Assembly: GCA_965153455.1 (NCBI GenBank)
Contig: OZ234493.1
Location: forward strand, 15,490,213 to 15,554,212
DNA from: Sphagnum compactum
Lineage: Eukaryota
Reading direction: 5' to 3'
Length of the DNA stretch: 64,000 nucleotides
Position 1 is the first letter of the stretch. Every line of letters begins with the position of its first letter. This document shows positions 25,313-37,444 of the stretch, piece by piece. Below the pieces are notes generated by a model. That model saw nothing but the letters and a program-made list of their open reading frames with translations. It did not search any database and had not been told where the DNA came from. Made by a program: the position numbers and the translations under genes.

Positions 25313-27096
25313 TGATTGTTCTCTAGGTGGAATTGGTTAAACCTTGCCCACTCCCTAATGTTAATAATAGTTGGGTCTTATATGATACAAAAAATGTGTT
25401 ATAAATTCAACCATGATATGAACAATAATCCCACTTATAGCTACCTCATACAAAGATATGCACTTCCCAATTCCCTCAAACCCATCACCCATAGTTCACA
25501 AAGCTCTTGACTTATCTCAAGCATGTTAAATTTGAGAATGCAAGGGCATCTTAGGTTAACTCAAGACCTCCTTCGAGATCATGATCACTTCCACATGTCC
25601 CTTGACCGCGAAACATTTAAATGTTTATTTTTGCACTTTGTCTTCATTTTCCATGCGTAATGAAAAAGTTTTGGAAAACTCAATACATAGTAACAAAGAC
25701 TTGCCATGTAGACATTCATCTCATCAACATTCTCACTAACAATGCACACAAATCCAAGGAAAAAATTAATTGCTTATAATCTCCACAACCAACCAATGCA
25801 TTCTTCCATCCTTCATATTTCAATATATCCCTTTGTGTTCCACCCCTTATTTCTCACATACATTGTTTTCCATAAAAATCTTCCTAGCAAAGTGGTTAAC
25901 AAGGCTTTCCATTCCAACCAAGCAAATCATGTTCCATAAAGATCATTGGCCCTTTTGACAATGCTTTTGCATGAATCAAAATCCTCCCAAAACCACATTC
26001 ACTAACTCAAAAACACACCACTAGTCGCCAACACAAATAGCTAAACAAGGTAATTACAAACCACTCCTAACACATTGGCTCCTTATGCCATTGCTCATCA
26101 TGCATAATGACCAAAAGCACTAACGGCGTACATCTCAAACTGAAAAAGACAACAAACCCTAATTCTAAATTGTTCACTTTTTGGACTTATTTTTGGTGTC
26201 ACACACCTATTTCACAGATGTTGCAGATGCGAGTAAATTAACAACACTAAATTGTTGGATAGCCTTTTTACTTATTAGAGTTATCCGTAAAGTCACCCTG
26301 TCTTTGGGCCTGCTTTCACCCCCTTTCAGTGGTATAAGCAAAGCAATGAAAGGGGTAATGAATTTTTTTATTAAATCTCAGTATGAAATGCGGAAACTCA
26401 GCATTTAATGCACAAGGTTCGAGAGTAGTAATTATAGTAGTTGGACAGGAAGGAGCAGTGAAAATATATGTCACATCGGGTGGAGGAACTGAGGAAGAAG
26501 GAAAGACGGGATGAAACTCAGTTTACGACCAAAATTGGTGGAAAAACTAGTTTGGGTCTGAGTTATTTTGCTTTGAAAAAATTTCATTCTCAGTTAAGAA
26601 GCGTTTGATGCCCTATTATGCCGAAACTGGCCATTCTCATCCCCTAATCAGGAGACTGCTGACAATATAAACTAGGTGATGAAAGTAGACTGGAGGCCTG
26701 CAACATGTTTTCTCACCAACCACATTCAAACCTGGCAGTATGGGCTGGCATTTGAGTTTGTTCTGGGGTTATGTGTGATGGGTCACCTTACAAAATTATA
26801 TATAGAGTCAGGCATGAATATAATAGGTGTTAGGGTTAGAGTGTTTCCTAGTCTAGATGGTCTAGTGGTTCAAGCTGATCATAGTTTCAAGATGGTGAAG
26901 ACTTGGAATTTTTATTTTTATTTTATTTTATTTTTTATTTTTATATATTTTTTCAATTTTGTGATGTAGTGACACTAGTGTATGCTTTTCATCCACAAGA
27001 GGAATTAGCCAAATTTGGCTACAGGCCAGAGAGAAAAGTAGAAAAAATTTACTGTTTTTGCCAACTACAATGACCAGCCCAGATGATGATGAGAGT

Positions 27097-27135
<39 letters not shown>

Positions 27136-27514
27136 GCTAGGGTTCATCTTTTCAGGTTCATGGGTAGGGGGGATTGTGGGAGAAACTAAACAATGCACAC
27201 TGGATGTGATAAAAATACTGATATGTAGAGAGGTTGGGCATGCTCGAAGCATGAGCTTGAATTGCGAAGTTGGAACCAACCGACCCCAAGTTGGAGGTTG
27301 GAACTCGAGGACCCATGCCATCCCAATGCTGCCACCACCGACCACACACACGGTGAGACTGGATGCATGCAAATGAGTTGTTTGTTTGTTCACAATGTCA
27401 AGTACGGGAACACTGAAATTTTTATCTGTGGATTCAGAGTTCAATGATCCAGCTGCTACGTGCATGCGGGGGTTGTTCCAGCTTTGCGTCCCTCATTGAC
27501 TACCTTGAGAAATA

Positions 27515-27640
27515 AAATAAAGGTTAATATTATAATAAAATCAGGCAGTCATTTATAAATAAAGGTTAATATTATAATAAAATCAGGCAGTAATTTATAA
27601 ATAAAGGTTAATAATATAATAAAATCAGGCAGTCATTTAG
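27515..27640. repeat. 42-bp tandem repeat (x3)
   Basis: AAATAAAGGTTAATATTATAATAAAATCAGGCAGTCATTTAT occurs three times, with 1-2 substitutions. Confidence 0.95.
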
Positions 27641-30553
27641 AAACCAAGGCATGCAAATACAAAATGCAACTACAAATATATATCATTTTAATCTCTCATG
27701 TCAGGCATAAAAAAGTAGACATGATATATTAAGTAGTAAAACCAAGGAGGATGTTATGGTGTCCCCAACAACATCGACAACCATCAAGGCTTATTACTCT
27801 TCTTCTTTCCCAAGTTTCTTGAGTTGTGTTATTGCTTATTTTTGTTGCACATAAGTTACATTGTGTGCACATCTCCCATGCACTCCAGTGATATTGGGTT
27901 ATGGAATTTGGATAGTGATATCATCACGTCTTTTTATTTGTAGAATATTATTTTTTTCGATAATTTCTTTAATTGTTGAAACTTTGATTTAGTGTGAACA
28001 AGGTTTCGAGTTTTTCATGTTTAGAAAAGGGTTTGTTTTCAACGAAAGTTTGTTGGCCTTGGATATTGTTGTGCTTAGATTCATTATAGAGTATATTGGA
28101 TTAGGGGATTTTGGCCCCCCCCCTAGGTAATACATCTATTTTTATACAAGGATTTTTGAAAGATGATATTTTGGCTTGTGTTGAAACTTGAGATTAGTAA
28201 TAGAGTTATAATATCTTGAAGGATTTTGGTTTCTTTTGGAGGATTTTTTGAAGATTATATTTTTGCATCGTGAAATATTTGGGTTTCCATATTTCTTCTT
28301 TTCCCTTAAGATACTTGTTAATGTAAACGGTAAGGTCACAATGTGACACACCCTTTGTTTCTAGAGTGTCATTGTTGTTGGTGTTTTGAGCTAATAAGCT
28401 TGATAACAAGAGTGGAGAGTGTAATTTAACTTATCCTCACAAGTTATCACGAGTTTTGAGTGTGAGTTTTTGGAGTTTCATGCACTCATTCCACGGAGCA
28501 CCTTACAACAATTCAAAAGTCTAGAAGAAAATAATTCCATACTGCACATGCAAGTAAGCCAAAAAGGGTACCCAAAAAAAAGAAAAACAAAAGGAAGAGA
28601 GAGAGAGAAAGAGAAAGAGAAAGAGGAAAAGGGGGGCATGTTGTGTGTCCTACCATGTTACAATTGAATAATATTATTAATACCCATATTATAGTTTGAA
28701 TGCCCTTTTGACAGGTTTGGGAATTAGGATATGATGCTTTACAAAGGCTAACACCACTCAGTTTGGTGCTTATTTCAAGAACACCTTGCTCCTCCTTTGG
28801 CCATTAACCGACACTTATAATAATATTAATAGGGACCAGTTTAGCCAAAAAGCTGGACATATGCTGCTAAAAAGAGCATGGCTCAATTGTGGGTGGCAGG
28901 CAGGCTCCTGGCACTCTTATTATAAGCACTAACTAACTACAGTGCAACTTTTGTAACTAAACTAGGTAGCACATGGAGACTTAATCTTAATCTTTTCTGT
29001 CAAAACTAAAGTGCAACAACAAGTTGCAAATCACCCATTTTTTCTTAAAAATTTGTAGAACCCATTTTTTTAATATTAAAAACCCTAAAAAGTATGTGAA
29101 AAAAATTTAAAAGTTCTAGAACCATATGATTAAAAAAACACACATACAAAAAGTATGCAAAAAGAAGAAAAAATCACATCAACAACAACAACAACAACAG
29201 AGGATCATGATTCTCTCACAGATTTCAAAGTATTGTTGCCTGCCACCAAAAGGCTGCCATATGCTTCCAATGAGTTTAAGTGATGGCAGGGAGAGAGTAG
29301 GGTAAGATATGCTAAAAAGTAGTCAAACTAATAAGTACCTACCCACCTGCCATAAACAACAGCAGCAGCAACAACAACAACAACAACAATTGTTATAAAA
29401 TTTGGCACTTTATTCCATTGCACGGAATGAATGACAATTGAGCCCACCTGCTGCTGACAAAAAGCCTCAAGCTCTTGTGTAGTAGGGTCGGTCTCTGGGC
29501 CTATAATAAACTATAGTTGGTTGTTGTGGTAGGGTTGTTTTAGTAGGTTGTTGTAGAATGCTCATTTTGGAGTGTGAGTATGTTGTTGTTTAGTGTTTCT
29601 ATGTAGCATTTTGACACAAAGTTTGAACACTGTTGACCAGTGTTGATCGGGTATCATCTGGGTTTTTGATTATTCACCCAAAAAAAGGGATACCCAATTC
29701 TGTTTAGGAGGAGTGACTTGTGTGAAAGTTCTTCCTCCAACAGAGACCGGATAGTTGGTTGGTTGTTTTTTTCTCCTTGCAATTCCAAGTGTTTCAGAAC
29801 TTCAAATGTAGCCTAATGGGTATTATGAGGGAGGGGGCAAGCTGGTGGGTTTCATGAACTTGGTGGTGTGTTTATGGATTAGATTAGATGACTGGTGAGA
29901 GCGCCCATGTTACAATGAATATTTGAGGCACATGCTATATGGACAAAACACCCAACTAAGACAATTGGAGGGTATTTGGCGTCCAATTAAAGAACTGGAC
30001 AACACGCTAGTGTTGACCCGACTCTTCCAAATCACCCAAAACAAAAAGGTATTGCAACTTGAAAGTCGCGTCTAGCACAGAATGTTGAATGGCAGAATAC
30101 AAAGACGACTAGGCCAGAGGCCAGGAGACATACATAGCCTGAAACTTTGAATGAAGCTATGAACTCTTGACTCATATGAGCAGTATATTGTGACTCTCTC
30201 TCACATTCAGAGCTTTTCCTTTGAGGAATTTGTTTTCCTCCAAAAAAAACTTTTAAAAATACAGTAGAATAAAATCAAAGTCTGTGCAACTTTCACAAGC
30301 AGATCTAGTGCTGATATGGTGGTACTCAGTACACCACTTGGGTTCACCTGCGGCTGGATTACTACTATACAGACATAGACTTACAGGCTGATGCCACACT
30401 AATGGGCATTACAGTTTGTGGGTCAGAGACGGCATGGGCTTCTTCACTCACTCAAACTCTCATATATATCTATGTATATATATATGTAAAGTCATGGATT
30501 ATATACATATATAAATAAAGTCATAGACATGCCATTGCAGGCAGCCCATTCTT

Positions 30554-30843
30554 GGCTCTAAGTTAGTCACATGGTGGGTTCATAGTTCATATAGTACATA
30601 CACTATATAAACTGGGGGTTTATTACTTCGATAGTGAAATTGATGACCCAAAAAGGGTATTGCAGTCCCAAAAAATCATATCGATACCCTTTGTGAACTG
30701 GTCAACACTGATATAAGTTCAGATGTGTAAGTGTAAATGATTTACACTTGCACAAGATTTACACAATTGTATATATGGCTATTGACACTTACACGCACAC
30801 AACACTGGTATGAACTATGACCCACCATGCGACAACCATAGCC
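30554..30843. ncRNA. Candidate microRNA precursor or structured RNA foldback (no known family recognised)
   Basis: GTCACATGGTGGGTTCATAGTTCATA (30566-30591) pairs with TATGAACTATGACCCACCATGCGAC (30809-30833) with one bulge and one mismatch (G:U on the minus strand). The basal stem extends to 30554/30843, and three inner hairpins are present. Confidence 0.45.
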
Positions 30844-32054
30844 TGTGGTAGTGATAGAGCATATTTGAAGTTTGCTAGCACTACTTATTACCTCCTTTGA
30901 CATCACCACATTCTCTCTCCAGTGGGTATACAAGCAGAGAATAATAGAATAATAATAGTACTTCACAAAACAGAACTCCCAGCTCCTTTCCCTTCTTCCT
31001 CTTATGTCATATTGCTTGCTGCCAGTTGAGCTGCTCTAAGTCACCGAGTGCTGGAAGCTTTTTTTATGAGGTTGTGGGGTAGATCTTCACCATACCCTGC
31101 ATGCAACATCTGACAAAAAGCCTGAATTTGAATCCAAAAGCAGGCATGGGAAAAAAAAAAAAATCTTTGAAGGGAGGAGAGAAGAGAAGAGAAGAGAGAA
31201 GCTCATCTTCAGAGAGTATGTAGAGGATGTCCCATTTGTCTGACATATTGTAGTGGAGGAAAGTTGAAGGGAAAGTCAAGCACCCAGGGCCCACTCCCCT
31301 CAAAGCTTCAGCAGCTGAATACCATGATGGCACTATCCAGTGTGGCTTGTGCACTTGGCCAAGAGTGAATTCTAAAGTATTCTTTTTGTTTTGATTTTGT
31401 TGAATTTTCAACAATAAAAGTTTACTTGAATGAATTATAAGTATCTTAGTTTTAATTTTGTTGGGTTTTTATTGAATTTCAATTATGAAGTTTACTCAAA
31501 TTTTAATATCTCTTGCACCTTAGGTCTAAAAGTTACGAGATCACATCCATAAAAAATTCTAATCATTGAGCACTTTCCCATATAACACAAACGTACCTCA
31601 GTTTTTTTTGTAAAATGTTTAATGTTTATTTTATTGGAAAATCAATGACAAAATTGTTCAATATTGAATAACTCTTGCCTCAAAGGTTTATACATTATGA
31701 AATCACTTTGATATGCACCCTTACTCATTGAGAGCTTTCCAAAGGTAAAAAGTGCACAACGATGGGCCTTGTGGTTTGGGAGATCTCAACATGACAAACA
31801 AACAAACCACCCTCCTTAATAAATAGATATTACATGAAAAGTTTCTTTCTAAGATGTGACAAAAATAATATACATAACAACTTCTTAAGAACATTCCTAT
31901 GAAATAATAATAATATCACCACAACACATTATATAATGTAAACCTTGGTTCTCAACATATTTTTTGAGATAAACTCTATGGTTTCATCCAATATACAATA
32001 ATACATACCAATTTACATAAAAATGGAGGAAACCACATAGTTAACCTTAACCTT

Positions 32055-32297
32055 CAAAAATGCCCTTTATGTGCATTGCAACTAAATGTGGTTTTTCATG
32101 CAATGGTAGATATTGGCTCATGACACTTGTGACGTTTACTATCTAGTTTCATCAAGTTCAATATAAATTATACATAGTGGTTTGCATTGAAATTGATGAA
32201 ACCCTAAAGTTAATATTAAACATGTGTCATGAGTTAAAGCCTAGTACTGCCATTGGCATAATGATATTTTGGTGTAGTGTATAGAAAGCTTATTTTG
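32055..32297. mobile_element. Degenerate ~240-bp foldback (MITE-like)
   Basis: Nested inverted pairs centred near 32175: GCTCATGACAC/GTGTCATGAGT, GTTTCATCAAGTTCAAT/ATTGAAATTGATGAAAC and CAATGGTAG/CTGCCATTG. Confidence 0.7.
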
Positions 32298-34427
32298 TTT
32301 ATAGTAAGGCATTCTGATTAGGGCATTTCTTGCCCAAGTATGGACTATTGACCTAATTCTAGTATAAGCGCATTAACCATATAAAGAAAATGGCCAAAAA
32401 GAGAACATCAACAAGACAATGTAGAATTGATGATTAAGATATAAGAACATGTATGACTATATGAACCTAACCTTGTATATAACTAAAGGTAACTTTATAC
32501 GCTTTGAGAAGCTTCCTTGAAATAAAATATACCCCTTTTATTGTGACACCAAATAAATAGGCTTCCATTTTCCAACAATAAATTTTTCACAGATTTTTTG
32601 GAATGTTGTGTGAATATGTAATAACATGTTTTCTTAAGGTGTATACTCTCCATATTTATTAACGTTATTTGTAAAGTGCCATGATTAAGGGATGAAAGCC
32701 CCCAATTCAAGTTGGACAAGGGATGGATGTCATAATTAGGTGTCACACATGGAAAAAACAAAAAGCAAAGTGTGAAACTCATTTTTGCACAATAATTGGG
32801 GCAAAAACTAGTTCCATCCTTAGTTTCATATTTTATGATTATCATGTGGATTTGTTTAATTTCTTTTTTTCTTTTTTTCTTCAACTCGTTGATTTGTGTT
32901 CATATGTGTGTGTGAAGGTGGAAGGGAGAAAGTGAAAAAAAAATACAAAGAAAGCAACCTTGGTGGAAGGGTGTGGAAAACAAAAATGTGAGAGAAGGGA
33001 CCATGAATTATTCAAGAAAACTCTTGTGGCAATAAACAAAAGTCCCATAACATACACCTAAAGGCCTATGGACATCACACAAAAAATGTTGTGAAATGTT
33101 AACCTCGCCAAAGGAACAAACTACCAAGGACCATGACCAAAGTTGCTAAGTGGAGATTTAGTTTCATAAAATTGTAGAACACAACATGTGCCCATTTCTC
33201 AAGTTTCAAAGATGAGAATTTAGGTTTACATTTGAGTTCTCCAATCTCCAAACATGGTGTTAATCAAGGAAAGGCAATGATATGTTTTATAATTATCATA
33301 CTTCTATAATTGTTGTACTTTTGAGTTGCACATGTGGGAGGTTTTTCTCTTGTTGAGCTATGATATGTACATCCATTTTTTATTCACATTCCTTATGAGC
33401 TCGTTGAAAAAATTGGTGGGCTTGTTCAAAAGTTGACAAAAACTTAGCTAGCAAAATTTGTTTTTATTCTTCCGTCAAACCTGACATTTCTATTAACTTT
33501 TTGTTCATCAATCTTAAGATGTTATAAATTGTGAAGATATGAAACTTGTAATTGAACTCAAGAGCATTTTGTTGTCCCTTTCACGGATGCCTTAACAATA
33601 AATCACAAATTACGATTCTTGTTCATGATGTTTTCCATGTTTTGGCATCTCCATTGAGTAAACAATTTGTGGTTTAGGGTTGTAGGCAAGAATGTGATTT
33701 GGAATGCATTGAAAATTGTTTTAAATGATCATATATTATACCTTCAAACCATTGTAATTCATTACAACATTGTTAGGTGGTCTCTTTAAACGTGCCTCAA
33801 GTTTGACTTGTACATCAATGCTTGAAATCATGTTTGCATACAAGTGACTTACTCATTGCATATGACTCAAACATGAATCGTACAAGAATTTTAACTTGAA
33901 GTTAGAAACCCCTAGGTAGAATGTAGTTTTTCGGACAAATTTTGTAAATTGGACTTGTTCATTTTTGGAATATTTGTAGATGGAAATTTTGTTTAAATCT
34001 GACGTTCATATGAACTTGAAATGCCTTTTGGTGTGTGCTATAGTTTTAGCTCGAGGATTTGTTGGTACTTTATTAATATGAAAATTTTGTGTTGAGTTAT
34101 TTGGACCTTCATTGAAGTTGTTGAACATGCTTGTGTACTTTGGGCTTTGTGGTAATCTAAATAGATGTGATATATGCCCATTTGCATTCTATAGACGGAG
34201 AGAAAGGTGAAAGGCTTGTATACAAATGTTTGTAGTTACTATTACCTGATGAAAAACCTCTCCAACTTGGATCCACAAAACTATAAAGAGGTCATGGGTT
34301 CTTATACTTAAAGATGTAATGACTAAGTCATGATGAGAAACCTCTACATAGAATTCACTTGATATAATTTGTAAATTTTTAAAGAGGTCAAAATCTCTTG
34401 TTCTTGTGTTTATAGTGACTAAATCAT

Positions 34428-34650
34428 TATCGTGACCATAGCCTTGGGCTTGTGACCAATGCTAGGGCAAGGCAAAGGAAAAACGTGCAAAAAACAAGCT
34501 AAAGCAAGAAAAGAAGCCCAAACACATTTGGGGGAGTGAAAAGGAAATGTTCCCAGACTCCTAAGGCAAACTCACACTTAGGGAGTTGGGAGTCCCAAAG
34601 TGTCTCATATCTTTGCAACAAGAATGCAAGGGGTAAACCTTGTCCAAGGC
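34428..34650 (+). mobile_element. Partial LTR-like repeat (same family as 36286 and 37689-38625)
   Basis: Begins TATCGTGACCATAGCCTTGGGCTTGTGACCAA..TAGGGCAAGGCAAA and contains AACTCACACTTAGGGAGTTGGGAGTCCC. These segments are related to the other copies. Confidence 0.55.
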
Positions 34651-35094
34651 TACAAACACAATAACAATAGCCACATGCAATATAACCACTATTTTGGTTT
34701 CCATGTTTTTGGGTCAAATATTTTACCAATTTAGAAGATGATTCACGTGTATAAATAATAATGTTGACAAAAATGTGTACAACATATCGACAACATTATT
34801 ATTTATGAAATAAATCCAATGACTACAAAGGTTCTAAAGGTATTGTAAAGTTTTTTATTTTTAGGGAGATTTTTTAAGCAAATATTTTTATAATAGTATA
34901 ATGCAACATCTTTAAGGTCATAAGAATTTTTTGAACTTACAAATGAAAATATACCAAGAATATTCCAAAATAAGCATTCACCAAAATGGTAAGTGTGATT
35001 ATTATTATCCTATTTACACCCATAAGTCAAAAGTCTTTTGTACCATTGGAAAATTCTCAAAGTGTAGATATTGAAAATAAACCCACATTCTCCA

Positions 35095-35470
35095 TTTGTG
35101 ACATATATAAATTAAAATTGTTAGAAAAGCTAAAAGTGAAACCAATATTTCATGTGTATGTATTAAAATTGATTTTTCAAAATTTCAAGGCCAACACAAA
35201 GAAATGATGTGTGACCCCCATTGGAATTCATTAATAATGAACCAAAGTTTGAGGTGGAAGCTATGTTGAAATCAAGGCAATCACAAGGGCCTAAGTGGGA
35301 GTATGTGGTTAAATGTTAGAGTTATCATGCAAATTGAATCACCTTGGGTTAAGGAATCAAATATGGAACATGCCCAAGAGACCATTGAAGCTTTCAACAA
35401 CCAACTAGCAAAAAACCAAAAGAAAGTTAGGATGTGATGAGGACAATTTCTTTTAATGAAGGAGGAAATT
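35095..35470 (+). mobile_element. Chromovirus (Ty3/Gypsy) relic: integrase C-terminus, chromodomain and purine tract
   Basis: YKLKLLEKLKVKPIFHVYVLK resembles the YKL.LP....HP.FHVS.LK motif. It is followed by EPKFEVEAMLKSRQSQGPKWEYVVKC*SYH...ESPWVKESNMEHAQETIEAF (chromodomain with a stop and a frameshift) and the purine run GAAGGAGGAAA at ~35458. Confidence 0.8.
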
Positions 35471-36271
35471 AGAATGGCTTAAAAGTGAAAACATTTTGTA
35501 CCAAATTGAGTTGTTGAAAACGAATAAAAAGGGACTTTCAAAAGACCATGGAGAATGAACATGGTGTGTTGATGCTAGGAAACAGTCATAGAAGTGGCAT
35601 TGGATGGATCAAATTACTTTGCACATGCCCAAATCAAAATCTAGCTTTTCTTTTGGGGCTTGGGGCAACTTTGGCCTTGAAATGGGAAGGTGATCTTGTG
35701 GCAACATGCACATGTTTTGAAATGTGTCATGATGGGTTGATTGGTAATGGTGGCCAATGTGGGAAGTCATGACCTTGTTCACATATTATAATAATGTATA
35801 TTAGTATTATAGTTTAGCAAGATTCTAACATTTAATTTCATACCTTCATAAGCAATCTTTAAGCAAGATTTGATTGTTGTGATCAAGGTGCAAAGTGCGG
35901 AAAAAAGCCATGTCAAGTAACTTAAGCCAAGTAGTGGTAGACTTGACATAGAAACTCACTTGGCAAAAGCTCAAAAAGTTGTCTTCCAAATGGGGTTTTG
36001 GTAGATAGGTCAATTTAGGTCTTTTACCAAAATTGGGGTGGAAGGCTTCCCCTTAAGACCTCTTGGACTTGTCAAGATAAGGTGAAAAATTTGGGATGCC
36101 TAAATTAGTTTGACACAAGATATAGGTGCAAAGAGTCAATTTTTGATGGCTATGGAAGAAAAAATGTGAATTTGAAAGTTCAGAGGGATCCAAGCTTGGA
36201 AAATAAACTTGTATAAGACATGATGACTAACAAAAATTTTAAACACCAAGGAAAGCATTAACCTTTTTTTT

Positions 36272-36720
36272 GTAGTGGGGGAGAATGTTACAACCTAACT
36301 TCAAGTTCATGACCAAAATTAGGGCAAGGCAAATAATAAATAAGGTGGGAACAAGCCAAGGAAAACAAAAATAGTTGAATTCATACATTAGGGTAGTGAA
36401 GAACAAGCACTTTAGGACTCTTGAGATGAACTCCCACTTTGGGAATTTGGAATTTCAAAGTTTTGTGAATTTTAGGGACAAAAGTGCAAGCCTCAAGGGG
36501 TAAACTTTATCCAAATTAAAAATTAGTTATAATGATGGAAAGTTTTCAAAATGAAAATTTTGACAATGAGTTCACATTCCCTATTTGGAACAATGAGCTA
36601 AGAATTATGGACTTAGAAAAAGTCAAAAATCAAATTGACAATTTGACTTCCAACCACCTAAAACTTGGGGAAACAAAGGTCAAATGAGCTTTTGTGGAGC
36701 ATTCAACACATCCTTTAATT
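36272..36720 (+). mobile_element. Polypurine tract plus the start of an LTR
   Basis: GTAGTGGGGGAGAA is immediately followed by TGTTACAACC (36286). The sequence is homologous to the 34428 and 38625 LTR ends. Confidence 0.6.
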
Positions 36721-37444
36721 AGACTTATGCAAAGAAATATTCTTGATAGTTGTCATTTTTCTTTGTACTCAACAAATAAGAAGCATGTGACCGAGTTGAT
36801 ATTGGGCCTTGCATGGAAAACAATATATGATGAATAAATGGATGTTTATTTTGATAGTTTATTTCAAGAAGACACTTTGAAGGATCAACTCCAAGATGCC
36901 TTGAAAGAATTGAAAATAAGGACATTTAATGAAGAGCAAAGTGAAAGAATTGTGTCAAAAAATGAATAGGTGTTGGAATAATTAAAAACAATGGATGGGC
37001 ATGTCAATCCAAATGTCCTTAAAAGGTGGTAGAGTGTGATTAATGTTACATCTACCCCACTTATAGTTCCTTGAGGTTTTAATGCATCTTATTTTTATGT
37101 GTTAGTAAATTAACCATCATTTACTTTATCTTATAGTTCAAGCTTAAGCTATGCATTTGTTTCAAGTGGTAAAACATAAACAAAGATGAAATGATGTAAT
37201 CATAATCCAATAGGATAATTAGCATGGCACACGAAATGCATGTTGGAAATGAAAATTTAAAAGTTCCACAAATATAAAGATGGAGGTCAACAAAGAAAAG
37301 AAGAGACAATTTAGTTTTATTAATCTCAAAATAGTTATAGACCTTAGAATTTTGATAGATGAAGAATTTAAGGCAAAGGTGAAAAAAATGTTGGATCTAT
37401 AGCTCAAAGTTCTCATCCTATTTATAGATAATTGGGTTGTTTAT

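Noticed and set aside
26320-26425. tRNA-like A box and B box, with a CCCCTTTCA/TGAAAGGGG hairpin
   Set aside because: The boxes are too far apart and no cloverleaf can be drawn.
27240-27512. TAS3-like locus (CTACCTTGAGA resembling moss tasiARF)
   Set aside because: No credible flanking miR390 target sites.
30370-30381. 12-nt match (CAGACATAGACT) to the complement of moss miR538 as recalled
   Set aside because: There is no complementary arm, the flanks mismatch, and such a match is expected by chance given the number of miRNAs considered.
31281-31312. miR477-like sequence (CTCCCCTCAAAGCTTCA)
   Set aside because: It needs indels relative to miR477 and has only a weak potential star arm.
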